DNA from: Patescibacteria group bacterium
Lineage (GTDB): Bacteria; Patescibacteriota; Patescibacteriia; JAQUQO01
NCBI GenBank assembly: GCA_028716045.1
Contig: JAQUQO010000001.1
Span: 256,942 to 320,941, forward strand
Reading direction: 5' to 3'
Length of the DNA stretch: 64,000 nucleotides
The position numbers and the translations under genes are program-made. The notes under the pieces were generated by a model that worked only from the letters and a program-made list of their open reading frames with translations, had not been told where the DNA came from and did not search any database. Position 1 is the first letter of the stretch. Each line of letters begins with the position of its first letter. Shown piece after piece: positions 16,228 through 26,854 of this stretch.

Positions 16228-17070
16228 ATGTTAATTGATACCCATTGCCACGTTAATTTCAACGCTTACAAAAATGACGCTGATGAAGTGATTAAGCGCA
16301 GTTTGGCTAATGACACTTGGTTGATAAATGTCGGTTCGCAAAGCACGACCAGCGGGCGGGCGGTTGAATATGCCCAAGAGTTTAAAGAGGGAGTTTACGC
16401 GGCAGTAGCGCTGCATCCCATTCATCTTTTTAGGACCGAGATTGATGAAGCGGAAATTAGTTTTAAATTTTCTGTCCGCGGCGAAGCGTTTGATTATAAT
16501 TTTTATAAAAAATTAGCGGAAGATAAAAAGACCGTGGCCATAGGGGAAACGGGGCTTGATTATTACCATTGGCCAGAAGGTTACAGTAAGGAGGAAGTCA
16601 GAAAAAATCAGCGGGAAGTTTTTGAAAAACATTTGGATTTGGCAGAAGAAATGGAGTTACCGGCGATTATCCATTGCCGCGAAGCGCATGATGATATTAT
16701 GGAAATTTTAAAACGTAGATACGAGAGGGAGAAGTTAAAAGAAAGGGGAGTACTCCATTGTTTTTCGGGCGACTTGAAGCTGGCTCGCGAATATATTGAA
16801 TTAGGATTTTTAATTAGCTTTACGGGGCTTATCACTTTTGTAAAAGATTGGGACAAAGTTATTGCCGGATTGCCCTTGGAAAAATTGATGGTGGAAACCG
16901 ACGCGCCTTATTTGACGCCGGAGCCGTTTCGCGGAAAACGTAACGAACCGCTTTACGTAAAATACGTGGCGGAAAAAATCGCCAAACTGAAAGGATTGGA
17001 ATTTGAAGAAGTGGCGGAGGCGACTTGGCAAAACGCTTTGAGGTTGTTTTCTAAAATAAAAACCGCCTGA
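16228..17070 (+). CDS. tatD: TatD-family metal-dependent hydrolase (DNase)
   Basis: N-terminal MLIDTHCHVNF; GETGLDY; HCR; a C-terminal D.P...P pattern. Confidence 0.85.
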   Translation: MLIDTHCHVNFNAYKNDADEVIKRSLANDTWLINVGSQSTTSGRAVEYAQEFKEGVYAAVALHPIHLFRTEIDEAEISFKFSVRGEAFDYNFYKKLAEDKKTVAIGETGLDYYHWPEGYSKEEVRKNQREVFEKHLDLAEEMELPAIIHCREAHDDIMEILKRRYEREKLKERGVLHCFSGDLKLAREYIELGFLISFTGLITFVKDWDKVIAGLPLEKLMVETDAPYLTPEPFRGKRNEPLYVKYVAEKIAKLKGLEFEEVAEATWQNALRLFSKIKTA

Positions 17071-17328
17071 CTATTTTTTGTCAGACGGGCTTTCTTTGCA
17101 GATTTTTACGTAGATTTCTGTGACTTTTTCGGGATTTATCACTCCGGTTGTTTTGCGGATAGGGAATTCAAAACTGGCCGTTCCAATGTCTTCTTCAAAT
17201 CCGGCCAGTTTCATCTTTTCATCCGTTCCCGGAGGACATTTGGTTGGGATGACCACTATTCGCGGTCCGCTCGCACAGGAAGCGATAAATAAACCGATAC
17301 TAATAAAGAGTAACACCAGTCGGGTCAT
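17071..17328 (-). CDS. small lipoprotein (85 aa; start chosen at the internal Met with SD)
   Basis: Signal peptide MTRLVLLFISIGLFIASC with a lipobox; SD AAAGGAG 7 nt upstream. Confidence 0.4.
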   Translation of the reverse strand: MTRLVLLFISIGLFIASCASGPRIVVIPTKCPPGTDEKMKLAGFEEDIGTASFEFPIRKTTGVINPEKVTEIYVKICKESPSDKK

Positions 17329-17551
17329 TAGGGGTCTCCTTTTTGCAAATAATACTGCCGGCATCGGTAAAACTTTCCGACTTGAATCCAATGGGACAAA
17401 AGAATGTGCAAATAAGTTCATTTTTCCCCGCAGATTCCCTTACGGCACACACATTTTCATTACCGCCGTTATAAGTGTAAGTAATAGTTTTTGGGGCTGC
17501 GCAGGCCGAGAAAAACGTCATCATTAACATCAGAAAGAACAAGTTTTTCAT
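17300..17551 (-). CDS. small lipoprotein (83 aa)
   Basis: Signal peptide MKNLFFLMLMMTFFSAC with a lipobox; it sits in tandem with the previous lipoprotein. Confidence 0.4.
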   Translation of the reverse strand: MKNLFFLMLMMTFFSACAAPKTITYTYNGGNENVCAVRESAGKNELICTFFCPIGFKSESFTDAGSIICKKETPNDPTGVTLY

Positions 17552-17607
17552 TTTACCTCCTTTGTTTTAAAATGAAGAGTAGTGTATAATATAACAGATT
17601 TAATCAT

Positions 17608-18654
17608 TTGTCAAGTTTTATGGAAATAGTGTTGGTAATAATCGGCGTTTTTGTGTTAGTTGCCATTGGCTGGCTGATTTTGGAGTTTAAAAAGAAAGAG
17701 GCCAAAGATAATGGTCAGGATAATGCCATGGAAACCTTAAATAAGGAATTGCAAAATATCAGGAGTGAGTTTCGCGGGTCTTTGGAAAAAAATTTGGAAT
17801 TTATCCAGCGCCAGACCGGCCAGAGCCATCGGATAATTTCCGAGGTTACGGAAAAATTAACCAAAATTGACGAGACTAATAGGCAGGTCGTGGGGTTCGC
17901 TGAACAATTGCAAAGTTTAGAGGATATTTTAAAAAATCCCAAACAGCGCGGTATTTTGGGCGAATATTTTTTAGAAACGATTTTGAAAAACGTGTTACCC
18001 CCGCAATCTTATGAAATGCAGTATAAATTTAAAGATGGCGTGATTGTGGACGCGGTTATTTTCGTTCAAAATAAAATCATTCCCATTGATTCCAAGTTTT
18101 CCTTGGAAAATTACAATAAAATTTTGGCCGAAAAAGACGCCGCGCGAAAAGAAGGATACGAAAAGGTGTTTAAGGAGGATTTGAAAAAAAGAATTGATGA
18201 AACTTCAAAATACATTCGTCCAAACGAAAAAACCATGGACTTCGCTTTTATGTTTATTCCCTCGGAAGGGGTCTATTACGATTTATTGATTAATCAGGTC
18301 GGGGCGGTCAAAGTCAATACGCGGGATTTAATTGAGTATGCTTTTAAAGAAAAGCACGTGATTATTGTTTCGCCCACCAGTTTTTTTGCTTATCTCCAAA
18401 CCGTGCTTCAGGGTTTGCGCGCACTCCAGATTGAAGAGTCGGCCAAAGAAATCCGTGAGCACGTGGAAGACCTGCAAAAACATTTATTGAGTTATGAAAG
18501 CTATCTACAAAAGCTTGGCAATAATTTGGGGACGACAGTGAATATGTACAACTCGGCGTATAAAGAATTTAAAAAGGTTGACAAAGACGTGACGAAAATA
18601 ACCGGCAAGAATTCAAAAATAGAGCCGATAGAATTGGATAAGCCAAATATATAA
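17608..18654 (+). CDS. rmuC: DNA recombination protein RmuC
   Basis: N-terminal TM, a coiled-coil middle, and a conserved C-terminal RmuC nuclease-like region (MFIPSEGVYYDL, IIVSPTSFFAYL). Confidence 0.8.
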   Translation: MSSFMEIVLVIIGVFVLVAIGWLILEFKKKEAKDNGQDNAMETLNKELQNIRSEFRGSLEKNLEFIQRQTGQSHRIISEVTEKLTKIDETNRQVVGFAEQLQSLEDILKNPKQRGILGEYFLETILKNVLPPQSYEMQYKFKDGVIVDAVIFVQNKIIPIDSKFSLENYNKILAEKDAARKEGYEKVFKEDLKKRIDETSKYIRPNEKTMDFAFMFIPSEGVYYDLLINQVGAVKVNTRDLIEYAFKEKHVIIVSPTSFFAYLQTVLQGLRALQIEESAKEIREHVEDLQKHLLSYESYLQKLGNNLGTTVNMYNSAYKEFKKVDKDVTKITGKNSKIEPIELDKPNI

Positions 18655-18658
18655 AATA

Positions 18659-18695
18659 AAAAAGAGCGCTGACGTTCCAGAGCTCTTTTTTGTTT
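18659..18695. terminator. bidirectional terminator
   Basis: AAAAAGAGCGCT-GACGTTCC-AGAGCTCTTTTTT. Confidence 0.55.
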
Positions 18696-18724
18696 GAGGA
18701 AATTTTTTATTGTTTTTTGTGAAG

Positions 18725-18919
18725 TCACTTGTGGAAAATAGCAGATATTTTACGGGAAATTACATATATTACACCAACAATTCCTCCGATTATTCCACCG
18801 ACAGTAGGTCCCAAAGAAATAGAGAGAAATAATCCATCTAAAAATACAGATTTGAAAATAAACCCGTCGTCAGTTAGGTGGTCCGCTAATCCCACTCCTG
18901 CCCAGAGAAAGCAAAGCAT
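18725..18919 (-). CDS. small membrane protein (64 aa, GxxxG-rich)
   Basis: Preferred over the overlapping low-complexity + ORF. Its ATG is preceded by GGGAAG. Confidence 0.25.
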   Translation of the reverse strand: MLCFLWAGVGLADHLTDDGFIFKSVFLDGLFLSISLGPTVGGIIGGIVGVIYVISRKISAIFHK

Positions 18920-19233
18920 GCTTCCCAAGAAAGCTCCGCATATAGCAAAGAAAAATATTTTTCCGAGCTTTTTAGCTCTCCTTGTTAAAGTTCATTTTAA
19001 GCATTATAACTGTTTTAAATATATTAATAATTAGTGTTTTTGTCAAGAGCGTCTCGGGTTTTATGTTTCTTCCAAATTTAGCTTTAAAAAATTTGCCACC
19101 GTTGACGAATTTGATAAAAGGGGCTAACATTATATAAATACTTTGTACCTGTGGACAACTAATAGGGAAGTATCGCAAGTATTTCCGAGAGAGTAAAGAG
19201 AGAGGGGGGCGTTTTGTTTTATTCAAAATTTTT

Positions 19234-19527
19234 ATGAGCCAATTGGAAAATAAAAAACCAGTTAATGAAACCGCTTGGTGGCAACCGCATTTAGTTCTTT
19301 TTTTTGAACTTTCCGGCTGGATTGTTGTTCCTATAATCGCGGCAGTGTATCTTGGGCGCTGGCTAGATGTCAGATATAATTCCGAACCATGGTTATTTTT
19401 GGTTTCCGTTGGCGTGGCTTTCGTGATTTCCATGTTCGGCATTGTTTCTAAGACCATCAAATCGATGAATAAAATAACTGAAGAAAATAAAAAAGATGAG
19501 CATCCAGACGGAACAAAAAAGCCATAG
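19234..19527 (+). CDS. atpZ: AtpZ/AtpI-like small membrane protein preceding the ATP synthase operon
   Basis: Two TM helices and an LGRWLD motif; it sits immediately upstream of atpB. Confidence 0.5.
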   Translation: MSQLENKKPVNETAWWQPHLVLFFELSGWIVVPIIAAVYLGRWLDVRYNSEPWLFLVSVGVAFVISMFGIVSKTIKSMNKITEENKKDEHPDGTKKP

Positions 19528-20410
19528 TGGAGATTTAGCCGGTGACCATGCGGTTGGTTCGTCCGATTTGAGTGGAGGAGGGGAGCCGGTAGAAACTCAG
19601 GGAGAAGTAAAGCATGAAACGACTCTTTTCGCCGAGCCCATTTTTAACGTCGGCGGTTTCACCGTCACCAATTCTCTGCTAAATAGCTGGTTTGTGGTGG
19701 CGCTCATTGTAATTTTGGCGGTTTTAATCAGGCGAAAAATTTCTCTCGTGCCGCACGGACTTCAAAATATTATGGAAATAATAATTGAAGAAGCGCTAAA
19801 GCTTTTCGATTCCGTCACAGGAGATAGAAAAAAATCTTTGTTATTCGCGCCCATCGTTTTTTGTTTGTTTGTTTTCATTCTTTTAAATAATTGGCTCGGT
19901 CTTTTGCCGGGCATCGGGTCTTTGGGTTTTGTAGAAACTCACGGCGGAGAAAATATTTTTATTCCCTTGTTTCGCGGCGCCACGGCCGATTTAAATACTA
20001 CTCTGGCCCTGGCTTTGGCGGCGGTTATTGGTTCGCACATCGTGGGAATAATTTTTATCGGCGTTTGGAATTATTTTAATAAGTTCATTAATTTGAAAGG
20101 TCTGGCGGAAATTCCCAAAAAGATTTTTAAGGACCCGACCATTATTATAGTGAATCCGATTAAGTTTTTTGTCGGGGTAGTGGAAATAATTTCCGAAATT
20201 GCCAAAGTGGCTTCGTTGTCCTTTCGTCTTTTTGGTAATATTTTCGCGGGGGAAGTGCTTCTGGCTTCCATGGCTGTGCTGTTTGCTTATATTCTTCCGA
20301 TTCCTTTTATGTTTTTGGAAATAATCGTGGGAATTATCCAGGCCCTGATTTTTGCCATGCTGACACTGGTATATTTTACGATTGCCACTTCTGCTCACGA
20401 GGAACACTAA
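19496..20410 (+). CDS. atpB: F0F1 ATP synthase subunit a
   Basis: LSFRLFGNIFAGE (with the essential Arg) and a multi-TM topology. The first ATG overlaps atpZ by 32 nt, so the true start is uncertain. Confidence 0.85.
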   Translation: MSIQTEQKSHSGDLAGDHAVGSSDLSGGGEPVETQGEVKHETTLFAEPIFNVGGFTVTNSLLNSWFVVALIVILAVLIRRKISLVPHGLQNIMEIIIEEALKLFDSVTGDRKKSLLFAPIVFCLFVFILLNNWLGLLPGIGSLGFVETHGGENIFIPLFRGATADLNTTLALALAAVIGSHIVGIIFIGVWNYFNKFINLKGLAEIPKKIFKDPTIIIVNPIKFFVGVVEIISEIAKVASLSFRLFGNIFAGEVLLASMAVLFAYILPIPFMFLEIIVGIIQALIFAMLTLVYFTIATSAHEEH

Positions 20411-20451
20411 TTAAGTTTTTAAATAATAACAGTTACGCCGAGGTTAAATAA

Positions 20452-20706
<255 letters not shown>

Positions 20707-20769
20707 TAGGTTCGCGAACAGGGGGAAATTTCCCCCTGTGGCGAGTTTATTATTTAATGGTTAAATTAT

Positions 20770-21270
20770 ATGGACGAACTTATCAAAAATTTTCACATCA
20801 ATTGGCAGCTGCTGGCAGCGCAGATTGTTAATTTTGCCATAGTAGTCGGAGTTTTGTGGTTTTTCGCTTTAAAGCCGCTTATCAAGAAGATGAATGAGCG
20901 CACATCTTACATTGAAAAAAGTCTGGAGGACGCCAAGCAGGTTGAGGCCAATTTAGCCAAAGCCGAGGAACTTAAAAAAGAGCGACTGGCTGATGCCACG
21001 AGGGAGGCTGAAAGAATTATCAAGGAAGCGAAAAAAGTGATTGAGCGCGAAAAGCAAGAGGCCTTGGGAAAAACAAAAAACGAGGCGGAGAAAGTGGTGG
21101 CCGAGGCCAAAGAGCAAATTGTCGTTGAAAAAGAAAAAGCCGAAAAAGAAATCAGGGGCAAAGTTTCCGAACTGGTGATTTTAGCCGTAGAGAAAATTTT
21201 AAAGGAAAATGTCAGTAAAAGTATGGACGAGAAAAAGATTGCCGAAACAATAGAATCTTTGGAAAAATAA
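20770..21270 (+). CDS. atpF: F0F1 ATP synthase subunit b
   Basis: N-terminal TM followed by a long charged helix. Confidence 0.8.
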   Translation: MDELIKNFHINWQLLAAQIVNFAIVVGVLWFFALKPLIKKMNERTSYIEKSLEDAKQVEANLAKAEELKKERLADATREAERIIKEAKKVIEREKQEALGKTKNEAEKVVAEAKEQIVVEKEKAEKEIRGKVSELVILAVEKILKENVSKSMDEKKIAETIESLEK

Positions 21271-21274
21271 AAAT

Positions 21275-21673
21275 ATGAGATATTCACCAAAACAATACGC
21301 TGCCGTTTTTTATGACTTAACCAAAGATAAAAAAGGCAAGGAGTTGGGGGAAAATATCCGTAATTTTTTAATGTTTTTATCCAAGCACAATGATTTTAAA
21401 AAACTCCCCGCGATAATTGCCGAGTTTACGAAGTTGAGCGATAAAAGAAACGGCCTTGTAAGAGCTGAAGTTGCGACAGCGAGAGCGCTTTCCGCAAAAA
21501 ATAGGGCCGGTATTATTAAGGGTATTAAAAAAACGACCGGCAACCGCGAAGTTTTACTTCAAGAAAAAAGGGATGATTTACTTCTTGGCGGAGTCAGGAT
21601 TTTGGCGGGAGACAAACTTTTAGACGGAAGTTTTAAAAATAAGATTCTATCTTTAAGAAAAAAATTGAGTTAA
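21275..21673 (+). CDS. atpH: F0F1 ATP synthase subunit delta (short form)
   Basis: C-terminal LLGGVRILAGDKLLDGSFKNKILSL matches the OSCP/delta signature. Confidence 0.7.
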   Translation: MRYSPKQYAAVFYDLTKDKKGKELGENIRNFLMFLSKHNDFKKLPAIIAEFTKLSDKRNGLVRAEVATARALSAKNRAGIIKGIKKTTGNREVLLQEKRDDLLLGGVRILAGDKLLDGSFKNKILSLRKKLS

Positions 21674-21697
21674 ATAGTTAAAATTTAAATAAAATAT

Positions 21698-23215
21698 ATG
21701 TCCAATAACACAGACGCGATAATTAACAGTTTAAAGAAACAAATTGCCGATTTTAAATTTGAAGAAAGGGTTCAGAATGTCGGCAAGGTGTTGAAAGTCG
21801 CCGATGGCGTGGCGACGGTTTCCGGCCTTAGCGAAGCGATGTCCGGGGAACTTTTGGAATTTTCGGGAGACATTTTTGGCGTGGCTCTAAATTTGGAGGA
21901 GGACCAAATCGGCGCTATTATTCTCGGCGATTATTTAAAAATTAAAGAAGGCGACCTGGTGAAGAATACCGGAAGAATTCTGGAGGTACCAGTGGGGGAG
22001 AAGCTCGTCGGCCGCGTGGTCAATGTTTTGGGCCAGCCGATTGATGGTAAGGGAGACATAAAAGAAAGCGCTTTTTATCCGGTGGAGAAAATCGCTCCGC
22101 GTGTTATCACCAGAAAATCAGTGGACACGCCCCTGCACACCGGTCTTAAAGTCATTGATTCAATGTTCCCGATAGGTCGCGGCCAGCGCGAGCTCATTAT
22201 CGGGGACCGTCAAACCGGTAAGACCGCCATTGTCATAGATACAATTATTGCTCAATTAAATGAACCAAAGGAAAAACGTCCCGTTTGCATTTATGTGGCC
22301 ATCGGTCAAAAAGAGTCAAAAGTCGCTAAAATCGTGGCGGAACTTCAGGCGCGAGGAGCGATGGAACACACAATCGTGGTGGTGGCCGGCGCTTCGAAAT
22401 CGGCTTCCTTATCTTATCTCGCTCCTTACGCCGGTTGCGCTATGGGCGAATATTTTATGGACAAGGGCAAGGATGCTCTTATTATTTACGATGATTTATC
22501 TAAACACGCTTGGGCTTACCGCCAAGTTTCACTTTTGCTCCGCCGTCCGCCGGGACGCGAGGCCTACCCGGGAGATGTTTTTTATCTTCATTCCCGTTTG
22601 TTGGAGCGCGCGGCGAGAATGTCGGAAGCGGAGGGTGGCGGTTCTTTGACCGCTCTGCCGATTATTGAAACCCAATCCGGCGATGTCTCGGCTTATATTC
22701 CCACTAATGTAATTTCCATTACCGATGGCCAGATTTATCTGGAAGCGGATTTGTTTTATCAGGGCATTCGTCCGGCCGTGAACGTCGGTTTGTCCGTGTC
22801 GCGCGTGGGTTCAGCAGCGCAAACCAAGGCCATGAAAAAAGTGGCTGGCAAATTAAAATTGGCTGCGGCCCAATATCGCGAGCTGGCGGCTTTTGCGCAA
22901 TTTAGTTCCGACTTGGACGCAGAGACTAAATCCCGTATTGAGAGAGGCAAAAGAATTGAAGAAATTTTAAAGCAAGGTCAGTATTTGCCGATGCCATTTT
23001 ATAAACAAGTTTGCATGCTTTACGCGGCTAATAATGGTTATGTAGATGATGTTGCGGTGGAATCTTTAAAAGATTTTGAGGAGAAATTTTTGTCTTTTAT
23101 GGAAAATCAGAGAGCCAGTATTCTTAAAACTATAAAAGAAGGGAAAGTTTTAGATGAAAAAATTGAAACGGAGTTAAAAAAGGCTCTGGTTGATTTTAAA
23201 AATAGCTACAAATAA
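21698..23215 (+). CDS. atpA: F0F1 ATP synthase subunit alpha
   Basis: GDRQTGKT P-loop plus full-length alpha-subunit motifs. Confidence 0.95.
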   Translation: MSNNTDAIINSLKKQIADFKFEERVQNVGKVLKVADGVATVSGLSEAMSGELLEFSGDIFGVALNLEEDQIGAIILGDYLKIKEGDLVKNTGRILEVPVGEKLVGRVVNVLGQPIDGKGDIKESAFYPVEKIAPRVITRKSVDTPLHTGLKVIDSMFPIGRGQRELIIGDRQTGKTAIVIDTIIAQLNEPKEKRPVCIYVAIGQKESKVAKIVAELQARGAMEHTIVVVAGASKSASLSYLAPYAGCAMGEYFMDKGKDALIIYDDLSKHAWAYRQVSLLLRRPPGREAYPGDVFYLHSRLLERAARMSEAEGGGSLTALPIIETQSGDVSAYIPTNVISITDGQIYLEADLFYQGIRPAVNVGLSVSRVGSAAQTKAMKKVAGKLKLAAAQYRELAAFAQFSSDLDAETKSRIERGKRIEEILKQGQYLPMPFYKQVCMLYAANNGYVDDVAVESLKDFEEKFLSFMENQRASILKTIKEGKVLDEKIETELKKALVDFKNSYK

Positions 23216-23227
23216 AATTTTACCATC

Positions 23228-24148
23228 ATGGCGCAGTCAGGCAAAGAAATAAAACGCCGGATAAAATCGGTTAAAAATACCAAGCAAATAACTAAAGCCA
23301 TGGAGATGGTTTCGGCTGTCAAAATGCGCCGGAGCCAGGAGGTGGCGCTGGCGGCCAGGCCTTACGCTTTGAAGGCCCTGGAAATTTTAACGCACTTGAG
23401 CGGCAAGATAGACCGGTCAGAACATCCGCTTTTGGAAGAACGAGCGGAGGGCGAGACATATCTAGCGGTTATTTCCACCGATAAAGGTTTATGCGGAGGA
23501 TTGAATGCCAATCTTTTCCGTCGCCTGGCCGAATTTTTAAAACAGCAAAAGGAGAAAGTAAAAATTATCGCCGTGGGCAGAAAAGCGCGCGAATGGGCGG
23601 GACGGTTGAGCTTGGATATCATTGCCGACTTTACCGGTTTTGGCGATAAAACCGACGTGATAGAAGTTCTGCCGTTAGCGCGAATGTTGATGCGCGATTA
23701 TTACGATAAAAAATACGGCCAGGCAGTTTTCGCTTATACTAATTTTATTTCCACTTTAAAACAAGAGACGGTTCTTCGCCATGTCTTGCCGATTAAAAAG
23801 GAAATGTTGGAAGCAGTGGTACAAGAAATTACGCCGGCTAGGGGCAAATATGCCGACGCGGGCAAATTTACGAAAGAAGAATCCGGCGGGGAATACATTT
23901 TCGAACCGTCACCAGACGAAGTTTTAAAAGTGATACTGCCTAAGCTTATAGAAATTCAGGTATATAGCATAATTTTGGAAGCTAACGCTTCGGAACATAG
24001 CGCCAGAATGGTGGCTATGAAAAACGCTTCCGAAGCCGCCAAAGATATGATTGAAGAATTGAGTTTAAGTTATAATAAATTCCGCCAGGCGAGCATTACC
24101 AGAGAGATTGCCGAAGTCAGCGCCGGAGCGGCCGCTTTGGAAAAATAA
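23228..24148 (+). CDS. atpG: F0F1 ATP synthase subunit gamma
   Basis: N-terminal IKRRIKSVKNTKQITKAMEMVSAVKMRR and C-terminal ITREIAEVSAGA. Confidence 0.9.
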   Translation: MAQSGKEIKRRIKSVKNTKQITKAMEMVSAVKMRRSQEVALAARPYALKALEILTHLSGKIDRSEHPLLEERAEGETYLAVISTDKGLCGGLNANLFRRLAEFLKQQKEKVKIIAVGRKAREWAGRLSLDIIADFTGFGDKTDVIEVLPLARMLMRDYYDKKYGQAVFAYTNFISTLKQETVLRHVLPIKKEMLEAVVQEITPARGKYADAGKFTKEESGGEYIFEPSPDEVLKVILPKLIEIQVYSIILEANASEHSARMVAMKNASEAAKDMIEELSLSYNKFRQASITREIAEVSAGAAALEK

Positions 24149-24156
24149 TTTAATAA

Positions 24157-25563
<1,407 letters not shown>

Positions 25564-25608
25564 CGTAGCAGATGGCTTATGACTAATAGTCGAGAGAAGA
25601 GAATATCT

Positions 25609-26040
25609 ATGGCAAAGAAAATATTTTTAGAAATTACAACTTTAGAAAAGACACTTTACTCCGGCGAAGTGGACCAGGTTAGCATTCCCACAAAAATGGG
25701 AGAAATTACGATTTTACCCGGACATATCGCCCTCGTGAGCGCTCTTTCTTCAGGAGAGCTTAAAGCGCTGGCCGGTAATGACGTTGTATCTTTCGCTGTT
25801 GTCGGCGGTTTTGCCGAAATAACCAGAGAAAGAGTTATTATTATGGCTGATACCGCCGATTTGCCGGAAGATTTAGAGGAAGAAAAAATCACCGCCGCTA
25901 GGGGAAAAGTTGAGGAATTGATTAAAAAATATCCCAAGGAGAGTCAGGAATATTCGGTGCTTTCCGAAAGATTGGAAAATGAATTGGCGAAATTAAAACT
26001 CATTGAGCAATTAAAGGGTAAAAAGAGAAAGAAAGTTTAA
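25609..26040 (+). CDS. atpC: F0F1 ATP synthase subunit epsilon (start moved to the internal Met after the SD)
   Basis: N-terminal beta-sandwich motifs (ILPGHIAL) and a C-terminal helical hairpin. Confidence 0.8.
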   Translation: MAKKIFLEITTLEKTLYSGEVDQVSIPTKMGEITILPGHIALVSALSSGELKALAGNDVVSFAVVGGFAEITRERVIIMADTADLPEDLEEEKITAARGKVEELIKKYPKESQEYSVLSERLENELAKLKLIEQLKGKKRKKV

Positions 26041-26057
26041 CAAATGTAAATTATAAT

Positions 26058-26453
26058 ATGTCTCACTCGATTGAAAACCTATTGATTGTTTGTATGGATT
26101 TTCGTTTGCCAAAAATTCATGTTGATTGGGCGGAAAAAATATTGGGAAACAAAAATTACGATTTAGTTGCTTTGGCCGGTTCGCAAAAAGCGATTTTAGA
26201 CGAAGATACAAGAGCGGCAGTTTTTAAGCAGATTGAAACCTCTGTTAATCTCCACGGAATAAAAACGATAAATATTATTGCCCACGAAGATTGCGGTGCT
26301 TACGGCGGCAGCAAGGCCTTTTCGAGCTGGGGAGAGGAAAGGCAAAAATATGTTGAGGATTTGGCCAAAGCAGAAAAATTGGTAAAAGAAAAATTTGAGG
26401 TTGAAGTTAAAAAATATATTCTTCTTTTGAATGGTAAAGTAGAGTTAGTTTAA
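26058..26453 (+). CDS. small beta-carbonic-anhydrase-like protein (131 aa; CxDxR and HxDCGA motifs)
   Basis: CMDFR at aa 12-16 and HEDCGA at aa 86-91 reproduce the three Zn ligands and the Asp-Arg dyad of beta-class CAs. The protein is shorter than canonical beta-CAs. Confidence 0.4.
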   Translation: MSHSIENLLIVCMDFRLPKIHVDWAEKILGNKNYDLVALAGSQKAILDEDTRAAVFKQIETSVNLHGIKTINIIAHEDCGAYGGSKAFSSWGEERQKYVEDLAKAEKLVKEKFEVEVKKYILLLNGKVELV

Positions 26454-26854
26454 AATAGTATTTTAATAAAATAAAAAACCGGCCTTAATTTAGGTCGGTT
26501 TTTTCAATTCTTTTCTGACGCCACTATCCCTTAGGGATTTTATAGCTGGTTTTGGTTTTTTTGATTTTAACGATTTCGAGCATAATCACACTATTTTTCT
26601 CTTCGATTTTTAAGGATAATCCTCCATGCAACGATTTCCTTAAAATTTCGTCTCTGATGGCAGTAAGTTTTACAATACCCAGTCCATCGCAGGTACAGAG
26701 TATTTCTTTTTCGATTTCATCTTTGTCATTTAGGCTAAAGTGTAAATCTTTTTTACTCTTGCCCCCTTCTTCTCTCCATAAGGGCCGAGATAAAATCTTG
26801 ACCCTTTTTATTTTTCTGGAAAATCTTTGTCTTTTCTGCTAAAATAAACCCAAT

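Noticed and set aside
18729-19460. + strand 101-aa ORF (18729-19034) and - strand 162-aa ORF (18972-19460) upstream of and overlapping atpZ
   Set aside because: Both are low-complexity. One overlaps the atpZ and ATP synthase leader on the wrong strand. Their positions are better explained as the operon promoter and UTR plus a small - strand membrane ORF.
26552-26842. 96-aa + strand ORF in the gap after the carbonic-anhydrase-like gene
   Set aside because: Ser/Phe/Leu-rich low-complexity translation with no SD and no family resemblance. The region is treated as non-coding.
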